Of a stretch of 55,720 nucleotides of DNA, positions 46,995-55,720 are shown in pieces. The DNA comes from Prorocentrum cordatum (taxonomy: Eukaryota): contig CAUYUJ010000140.1 of NCBI GenBank assembly GCA_963575745.1, forward strand, positions 62,001 to 117,720, read 5' to 3'. Below the pieces are notes generated by a model, which was not told the DNA's origin, did no database searches, and was given only the letters and a program-made list of their open reading frames with translations. The position numbers and the translations under genes are program-made. The stretch's first letter is position 1. Each line of letters begins with the position of its first letter.

Positions 46995-49900
46995 TAGGTC
47001 GCTTGGCTCCTCGGATGGCCCCATTCCTTGGCTGGTTTCGGTTGTTCTGGCTTGTTTTCGTTTGTCCGTCGATCGCAGTGGCAGCCTTTCGGTCGCTCGG
47101 CCCTTCGGCTGGCCAAATGCGTTGGTTTTGTTTGTTTCTGTTTGTTTTCGCTTGTCCGTCGGCTGCACTGGTCGCCCCAGGCCCGCCCGCGGCCTTTCGG
47201 TCGCTCGGCCCCTCGGCTGGCCAAATGCATTGGTTTTGTTTGTTTTTGTTTGTTTTCGCTTGTCCGTCGGCTGCACTGGCCGCCCCAGGCCCGCCCGCAG
47301 CCGTTCGGTCGCTCGGCCCCTCGGCTGGCCCAATTCACTGGTTTTGTTTGATTCTGTTTGTTTTCGCTTGTCCGTCGGCTGCGCTGGTCGCCCTGCGCAC
47401 GCCCGCCGCCCCGCGGTCGCTCGGCCCCTCGGCTGGCCCCATTCCTTGGTTTTGTTTGATTCTGTTTGTTTTCGCTTGTCCGTCGGCTGCACTGGTCGCC
47501 CCAGGCCCGCCCGCCGCCCCGCGGTCGCTCGGCCCCTCGGCTGGCCCCATTCCTTGGCGTTCTTTGTTTCTGTTTGTTTTCGCTTGTCCGTCGGCTGCAC
47601 TGGTCGTCTCAGGCCCGCCCGCCGCCGTTCGGTCGCTCGGCCCCTCAGCTGGCCCAATTCCCTGATGTTGTTTGTTCTTGTTTGTTTTCGCTTGTCCGTC
47701 GGCTGCACTGGACGCCCCAGGCTCGCCCGCCGCCTTTGGGTCACTCGGCCCCTCGGCTGGCCCCGCTCCCTGGCTTTCTTTGTTTCTGTATGTTTTCGCT
47801 TGTCCGTCGGCTGCACTGGTCGCCTCAGGCTCGCCCGCCGCTCCGCGGTCGCTCGCCCCCTCGGCTGGCCAAATGCATTGGTTTCGCTTGTGTTTGTTTG
47901 TTTTCGCTTGTCCGTCGGCTGCGCTGGTCGCCCCAGGCTCGCCCGCCGCTGTTCGGTCGCTCGGCCCCTCGGCTGGCCCAATTCCCTGATGTTGCTTGTT
48001 GTTGTTCGTGTTCGCTTGTCCGTCAGCTGCGTTGGTCGCCCCAGCCTCGCCCGCCACCCCGCGGTCGCTCGGCCCCTCGGCTGGCCCCTTTCCACTGTTT
48101 CGTTTGTTTTTGTTTGTTTTCGCTTGTCCGTCGGCTGCGCTGGTCGCCCCAGGCTCGCCCGCCGCCCCGCGGGCGCTCGGCCCCTCGGCTGGCCAAATTC
48201 ACTGGTTTTGTGTGTTTTTGCTTGTTTTCGCTTGTCCGTCGGCTGCACTGGTCGCCCCAGGTTCGCCCGCCGCCCCGCGGGCGCTCGGCCCATCGGCTGG
48301 CCCAATTCATTGGTTTTGTTTGTTTTTTGTTTGTTTTCGCTTGTCCGTCGGCTGCACTGGTCGCCCCAGGCCCGCCCGCCGCCCCGCGGTCGCTCGGCCC
48401 CTCGGCTGGCCCCATTCATTGGTCTTGTTTGTTTCGGCTTGTTTTCGCTTGTCCGTCGGCTGCACTGGTCGCCCCAGGCCCGCCCGCAGCCGTTCGGTCG
48501 CTCGGCCCCTCGGCTGGCCCAATTCACTGGTTTTGCTTGTTTTTGTTTGATTTCGCTCGTCCGTCGGCTGCACTGGTCGACCTGCGCACGCCCGCCGCCT
48601 TTCGGTCGCTCGGCCCCTCGGCTGGCCCCATTCCCTGGCTTTCTTTGTTTCTGTTTGTTTTCGCTTGTCCGTCGGCTGCAGTGGTCGCCTCAAGCTCGCC
48701 CGCCGCCCCGCGGTCGCTCGGCCCCTCGGCCGGCCAAATGCATTGGTTGCGTTTGTTGTTTGTTTTCGCTTGTCCGTCGGCTGCGCTGGTCGCCCCAGGC
48801 CCGACCGCCGCCGTTCGGTCGCTCGGCCCCTCGGCTGGCCCAATTCACTGGTTTTGCTTGTTTTTGTTTGATGGTCGCCTCAAGCTCGCCCGCCGCCCCG
48901 CGGTCGCTCGCCCCCTCGGCTGGCCAAATGCATTGGTGTTGTTTGTTGTTGTTTGTTTTCGCTTGTCCGTCGGCTGCGCTGACCGCCCCAGGCCCGCCCG
49001 CCGCCGCTCGGCCGCTCGGCCCCTCGGCTGGCCCAATTCAGTGGTTTTGTTTGTTGTTTTTGTTTGTTTTCGCTTGACCGTCGGCTGCACTGGTCGCCCT
49101 GCGCGCACCCGCCGCCTTTCGGTCGCTCGGCCCCTCGGCTGGCCCTTTTTCCTTGGCTTTCTTCGTTTCCGTTTGTTTTCGCTTGTCCGTCGGCTGCACT
49201 GGTCGCCCCAGGCTCGCCCGCCGCCCCGCGGTCGCTCGGCCCCTCGGCTGGCCAAATGCATTGGTTTTGTTTGTTGTTGCTTGTTTTCGCTTGTCCGTCG
49301 GCTGCGCTGGTCGCCCCAGGCCCGCCCGCCGCCGTTCGGTCGCTCGGCCCCTCGGCTGGCCCAACTCACTGGTTTTGTTTGTATTTTGTTTGTTTTCGCT
49401 TGTCTGTCGGCTGCACTGGTCGCCCTGCGCACGCCCGCCGCCTTTCGGTCGCTCGGCCCCTCGGCTGGCCCCATTCCCTGGCTTTCTTTGTTTCTGTTTG
49501 TTTTCGCTTGTCCGTCGGCTGCACTGGTCGCCTCGGGCCCGCCCGCCGCCCCGCGGTCGCTCGGCCCCTCGGCTGGCCAAATGCATTGGTTTTGTTTGTT
49601 TTTGTTTGTTTTCGCTTGTCCGTCGGCTGCCCTGGTCGCCCCGGGCCCGCCCGCCGCCGTTCGGTCGCTCGGCCCCTCGGCTGGCCCAATTCATTGGTTT
49701 CGTTTGTTTTTGTTTGATTCCGCCTGTCCGTCGGCCGCACTGGTCGCCCTGCGCGCGCCCGCCGCCTTTCGGTCGCTCGGCCCCTCGGCTGGCCCCACTC
49801 CCTGGCTTTCTTTGTTTCTGTTCGTTTTCGCTTATCCGTCGGCTGCACTGGTCGCCTCAGGCTCGCCCGCCGCCCCGCGGCAGCTCGGCCCTTCGGCGGG

Positions 49901-52900
49901 CCCCATCCATGGTTTTGTTTCTGTTTGTTTGTGTTTGCTTGTCCGTCGGCTGCGCTGGTCGCCCCAGGCTCGCCCGCCGCCGTTCGGTCGCTCGGCCCCT
50001 CGGCTGGCCCAATTCACTGGTTCTGCTTGTTTTTGTTTGATTTCGCTTGTCCGTCGGCTGCACTGGTCGCCCTGCGCACGCCCGCCGCCTTTCGGTCGCT
50101 CGGCCCCTCGGCTGGCCCCATTCCCTGGCTTTCTTTGATTCTGTTTGTTTCCGCTTGTCCGTCGGCTGCAGCGGTCGCCTCAAGCTCGCCCGCCGCCCCG
50201 CGGTCGCTCGACCCCTCGGCCGGCCAAATGCATTGGTTTTGTTGGTTGTTGCTTGTTTTCGCTTGTCCGTCGGCTGCACTGGTCGCCCCAGGCCCGCCCG
50301 CCGCCGTTCGGTCGCTCGGCCCCTCGGCTGGCCCAATTCACTGGTTTTGTTTGTTGTTTTTGTTTGTTTTCGCTTGTCCGTCGGCTGCACTGGTCGCCCT
50401 GCGCGCGCCCGCCGCCTTTCGGTCGCTCGGCCCCTCGGCTGGCCCCATTCCCTGGCTTTCTTTGTTTCGTTTGTTTTCGCTTGTCCGTCGGCTGCACTGG
50501 TCGCCTCAAGCTCGCCCGCCGCCCCGCGGTCGCTCGCCCCCTCGGCTGGCCAAATGCATTGGTTTTGTTTGTTTTTTTGTTGTTTTCGCTTGTCCGTCGG
50601 CTGCGCTGGTCGCCCCAGGCCCGCCCGCCGCCGCTCGGTCGCTCGGCCCCTCGGCTGGCCCAATTCACTGGTTTTGTTTGTTGTTGTTTGTTTGTTTTCG
50701 CTTGTCCGTCGGCTGCGCTGGTCGCCCTGCGCGCGCCCGCCGCCTTTCGGTCGCTCGGCCCCTCGGCTGGCCCCTTTCCTTGGCTTTCTTCGTTTCTGTT
50801 TGTTTTCGCTTGTCCGTCGGCTGCGCTGGTCGCCCCAGGCTCGCCCGCCGCCCCGCGGTCGCTCGGCCCCTCGGCTGGCCAAATGCATTGGTTTTTTTGT
50901 TGTTTGTTGTTTTCGCTTGTCCGTCGGCTGCGCTGGTCGCCCCGGGCCCGCCCGCCGCCGTTCGGTCGCTCGGCCCCTCGGCTGGCCCAATTCACTGGTT
51001 TTGTTTGTGCTTTGTTTGTTTTCGCTTGTCTGTCGGCTGCACTGGTCGCCCTGCGCGCGCCCGCCACCTGTCGGTCGCTCGGCCCTTCGGCTGGCCCCAT
51101 TCCCTGGCTTTCTTTGTTTCTGTTTGTTTTCGCTTGTCCGTCGGCTGCACTGGTCGCCTCGGGCTCGCCCGCCGCCCCGCGGTCGCTCGGCCCCTCGGCT
51201 GGCCAAATGCATTGGTTGTGTTTGTTCTTGTTTGTTTTCGCTTGTCCGTCGGCTGCACTGGTCGCCCCAGGCCCGCCCGCCGCCGTTCGGTCGCTCGGCC
51301 CCTCGGCTGGCCCCACTCCCTGGCATGATTTGTTTCTGTTTGTTTTCGCTTGTCCGTCGGCTGCACTGGTCGCCTCAGGCTCGCCCGCCGCACCGCGGTC
51401 GCTCGGCCCCTCGGCTGGCCAAATGCACTGGTTTTGTTTGCTTTTGTTTGTTTTCGCTTGTCCGTCGGCTGCACTGGTCGCCCAGGCCCGCCCGCCGCCG
51501 TTCGGTCGCTCGGCCCCTCGGCTGGCCCAATTCAATGGTTTTGTTTGTTTTTGTTTGTTTTCGCTTGTCCGTCGGCTGCGCTGGCCGCCCTGCGCGCGCC
51601 CGCCGCCTTTCGGTCGCTCGGCCCCTCGGCCGGCACCATTCCCTGGCTGTCTTTGTTTCTCTTTGTGTTCGCTTGTCCGTCGGCTGCGCTGGTCGCCTTA
51701 GGCTCGCCCGCAGCCCCGCGGTCGCTCGGCCCCTCGGCTGGCCAAATGCATTGGTTTTGTTTGTTTTTGTTTGTTTTCGCTTGTCCGTCGGCTGCACTGG
51801 TCGCCCCAAGCCCGCCCGCCGCCGCTCGGTCGCTCGGCCCCTCGGCCGGCCCAATTCACTGGTTTTGTTTGTGTTTGTTTGTTTTTCGCTTGTCCGTCGG
51901 CTGCACTGGTCGCCCTGCGCGCGCCCGCCGCCTTTCGGTCGCTCGGCCCCTCGGCTGGCCCCATTCCCTGGCTTTCTTTGTTTCTGTTGGTTTTCGCTTG
52001 TCCGTCGGCTGCACTGGTCGACTCAGGCTCGCCCGCCGCCCCGCGGTCGCTCGGCCCCGGTTTTGTTTGTTTTTTGTTTGTTTTCGCTTGTCCGTCGGCT
52101 GCGCCGGTCGCCCCAGGCCCGCCCGCCGCCGCTCGGTCGCTCGGCTGGCCCAATTCACTGGTTTTGTTTTTTTTTGATGTTTTCGCTTGTCCGTCGGCTG
52201 AACTGGTCGCCCTGCGCGCGCCCGCCGCCTTTCGGTCGCTCGGCCCCTCGGCTGGCCCCATTCCCTGGCTTTCTTTGTTTCTGTTTGCTTTCGCTTGTCC
52301 GTCGGCTGCGCTGGTCGCCTCAGGCTCGCCCGCCGCCCCGCGGTCGCTCGGCCCCTCGGCTGGCCAAATGCATTGGATTTGTTTGCTTTGGTATGTTTTC
52401 GCTTGTCCGTCGGCTGCGCTGGTCTGGCGCCTCAGGCCCGCCCGCCGCCGTTCGGTCGCTCGGCCCCTCGGCTGGCCCAATTCACTGGTTTTGTTGTTGT
52501 TTTGTTTGTTTTCGCCTGTCCGTCGGCTGCACCGGTCGCCCTGCGCACGCCCGCCGCCTTTCGGTCGCTCGGCCCCTCGGATGGCCCCATTCCCTGGTTT
52601 TCTTTGTTTCTGGTTGTTTTCGCTTGTCCGTCGGCTGCACTGGTCGCCTCAGGCTCGCCCGCCGCCCCGCGGTCGCTCGGCCCCTCGGCTGGCCAAATGC
52701 ATCGGTTTTGTTTGTTTTTGTTTGTTTTCGATTGTCCGTCGGCTGCACTGGTCGCCCCGGGCCCGCCCGCCGCCGTTCGGTCGCTCGGCCCCATCGGCCG
52801 GCCCAACTCACTGGTTTTGTTTGTTTTTGTTTGTTTTCGCTTGTCCGTCGGCAGCACTGGTCGCCCTGCGCGCGCCCGCCGCATTTCGGTCGCTCTGCCC

Positions 52901-54653
52901 CTCGGCTGGCACCATTCCCTTGCTTTCTTTGTTTCTGTTTGTTTTCGCTTGTCCGTCGGCTGCACTGGCCGCCTCAGGCTCGCCCGCCGCTCCGCGGTCG
53001 CTCGGCCCCTCGGCTGGCCAAATGCGTTGGTTTTGTTTGTTGTCGTTTGTTTTCGCTTGTCCGTCGGCTGCGCTGGCCGCCCCGGGCCCGCCCGCAGCCG
53101 TTCGGTCGCTCGGCCCCTCGGCTGGCCAAATACATTGGTTTTGTTTGATGTTGTTTGTTTTCGCTTGTCCGTCGGCTACACTGGTCGCCCTGCGCACGCC
53201 CGCCGCCTTTCGGTCGCTCGGCCCCTCGGCTGGCCCCATTCCCTGGCTTTCTTTGTTTCTGTGTGTTTTCGCTTGTCCGTCGGCTGCGCTGGCCACCTCA
53301 AGCTCGCCCGCCGCCCCGCGGTCGCTCGGCCCCTCGGCTGGCCAAATGCATTGGTTTTGTTTGTTTTTGTTTGTTTTCGCTTGTCCGTCGGCTGCGCTGG
53401 TCGCCTCAGGCCCGCCCGCCGCCGTTCGGTCGCTCGGCCCCCCGGCTGGCCCAATGCATTGGTTTTGTTTGCTTTTGTTTGATTTCGCTTGTCCGTCGGC
53501 TGCACTGGTCGCCCTGCGCGCGCCCGCCGCCTTTCGGTCGCCCGGCCCCTCGGCTGGCCACATTCCCTGGCTTTCTCTGTTTCTGTGTGTTTTCGCTTGT
53601 CCGTCGGCTGCACTGGTCGCCCCAAGCTCGCCCGCCGCCCCGCGGTCGCTCGGCCCCCCGGCTGGCCAACTGCACTGGTTTTGTTTGTTTTTGTTTGTTT
53701 TCGCTTGTCCGTCGGCTGCACTGGTCGCCCCAGGTCCGCCCGCCGCCGTTCGGTCGCTCGGCCCCTCGGCTGGCCCAATTCACTGGTTTTGTTTGTTTTT
53801 GTTTGTTTTCGCTTGTCCGTCGGCTGCACTGTCGCCCTGCTGCGCACAAGCCCGCCGCCTTTCGTCGCTCTCAGAGCCCCCCGGCTGCCCCATTCCCTAA
53901 AAAATGTTGTTTCATTGTTCTGTTTTTTTCGCTTGTCGTCGGCTGCACTGGTCGCCTCAGGCTCGCCCGCCGCCCCGCGGTCGCTCGGCCCCTCGGCTGG
54001 CCAAATGCATCGGTTTTGTTTGTTTTTGTTTGTTTTCGCTTGCCCGTCGGCTGCGCTGGTCGCCCCAGGCCCGCCCGCCGCCGTTCGGTCGCTCGGCCCC
54101 TCGGCTGGCCAAATTCACTGGTTTTGTTTGTTTTTCTTGTCCGTCGGCTGCACTGGTCGCCCTGCGCACGCCCGCCGCCTTACGATCGCTCGGCCCCACG
54201 GCTGGCCCCATTCCCTTGCTTTCTTTGTTTCTGTTTGTTTTCGCTTGTCCGTCGGCTGCACTGGTCGCCTCAGGCTCGCCCGCCGCCTTTCGGTCGCTCG
54301 GCCCCTCGGCTGGCCAAATGCATTGGATTTGTTTGTTTTTGTTTGTTTTCGGTTGTCCATCGGCTGCACTGGTCGCCCCGGGCCCGCCCGCCGCCGTTCG
54401 GTCGCTCGAGGCCCCTCGGCTGGCCCAAGTCATTGGTTTTGTTTGTTTTTGTTTGGTTTTCGCTGTCCGGTCGCTGACACGGGTCGCCCAGGCCGTGCAG
54501 CCGCCGTTCGGTCGCTCCGGCCCTCGGCGGCCAAGATGCATGGGTTTTGTTTGATTTTGTGTTTGTTTTCGCTTGTCCGTCGGCTGCACTGGTCGCCCTG
54601 CGCACGCCCGCCGCCTTTCGGTCGCTCGGAGCCCTCGGCTGGCCCCATTCCCT
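46995..54653 (+). repeat. 108-bp satellite array (~70 monomers), mostly a 3-monomer (~324-bp) higher-order repeat
   Basis: TTTTCGCTTGTCCGTCGGCTGC recurs at 47145, 47253, 47361, 47469...; three monomer types alternate. Confidence 0.97.
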
Positions 54654-55720
54654 ACAAGCGAAACAAACAGAAACAAAGAAAGCCAGGGAATGGGGCCAGC
54701 CGAAGGGCCGGGCGACCGAAAGGCGGCGGGCGAGCCTGGGGCGACCAGTGCAGCCGACGGACAAGCGAAAACAAACAAAAACAAACAAACCCAATGAATT
54801 TGGCGATCCGAGGGGCCGAGCGACCGGAAAGCGGCGGGAGAGGCTGGGGCGACCAGTGCAGCCGACGGACAAGCGAAAACAAACAAAACAAAGAAAACAA
54901 TTGAATTCGGCCAGCCGAGGGGCAGAGCGACCAAAACGCGGCGGGCGAGCCTGGGGCCACAAGTACAACCGACGGACAAACGAAAACAAACCAAAACAAA
55001 CAACACCACGGAAATGAGCCAGCCGAGGGGCCGAGCGACCGAAAAGCCGCGGGCGAGCCTGGAGCGACCAGCGCAGCCGACGGACAAGCGAAAACAAACA
55101 AAAACAAACAAAACTAAGCATTTGGCCAGCCGAGGGGCAGGGCAGCGCGACCGAAAGGCGGCGGGCGAGCCGGAGGCGACCAGTGCAGCCGACGGACAAG
55201 CGAAAACAAACAGAAACCAAACGAAACCAAGGACTGGGGCCAGCCGAGGTGCCGAGCGACCGAAAGGCGGCGGGCGTGCGCAGGGCGACCAGTGCAGCCG
55301 ACGGACAAGCGAAAACCAACAAAAACAAAGAAAACCAGCGAATCTGGCCAGCCGAGGGGCCGAGCGACCGCGGGGCGGCGGGCGAGCTTGGGGCGACCAT
55401 TGCAGCCGACGGACAGGCGAAAACAAACAAAAACAAACAAACCCAACGAATTGCGCCAGCCGAGGGGCCGAACGACCGCGGGGCGGCGGGCGAGCCTGGG
55501 GCGACCAGTGCAGCTGACGGACAAGCGAAAACAAACAAAAACAAACAAAACCAAATAATGGGGCCAGCCGAGAGGCCGAGCGACCGCGGGGCGGCGGGCG
55601 AGCCTGGAGCGACCAGCGCAGCCGACGGACAAGCGAAAACAAACAACAACAAACAAAACCATGAATGGGGCCCGCCGAGGGGCCGAGCGACCGCGGGGCG
55701 GCGGGCGAGCCAGGGGCGAC
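54654..55720 (-). repeat. Same 108-bp satellite in inverted orientation (~10 monomers, runs off the window)
   Basis: GCAGCCGACGGACAAGCGAAAACAAAC is the reverse complement of the monomer. Confidence 0.97.

Noticed and set aside
46416..55720. Very long ORFs (up to 1033 aa) on both strands
   Set aside because: Artefact of a stop-poor 108-bp (multiple of 3) satellite; open in many frames at once.
46995..55720. CRISPR-like or guide-RNA array
   Set aside because: Variable positions cycle among three fixed types rather than being unique spacers, and no associated nuclease gene is visible.

Overview
GC-rich, repeat-dominated eukaryotic DNA, almost certainly from a dinoflagellate: an exact 22-nt dinoflagellate spliced leader (DinoSL, DCCGTAGCCATTTTGGCTCAAG) lies on the minus strand at 35585-35606, a 1-mismatch copy at 42876-42897 and a degenerate tandem pair at 644-679. 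I see no clearly intact host gene. The window holds at least five decayed non-LTR retrotransposons, each with candidate target-site duplications (TSDs) I could read by eye. They are: an RT/RNase H LINE inserted in a (CCT)n tract; an APE-RT-zinc-finger LINE carrying an extra ORF downstream of its RT ORF; a 5'-inverted (twin-priming-type) LINE nested inside that one; an RTE-like LINE with an 82-bp TSD; and an ORF1+ORF2 LINE whose 5' end is the spliced leader itself. Also present are an SL-capped, poly(A)-less retrocopy, MITE-like fold-backs, long microsatellites, a duplicated composite unit with 89-bp arrays, and an ~8.7-kb 108-bp satellite with a trimeric higher-order repeat and an orientation switch. 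The best candidate for an undescribed system is SL-trans-spliced retroelements that reinsert next to (CCT)n tracts, which could regenerate a trans-splice acceptor; the mechanism is inference.
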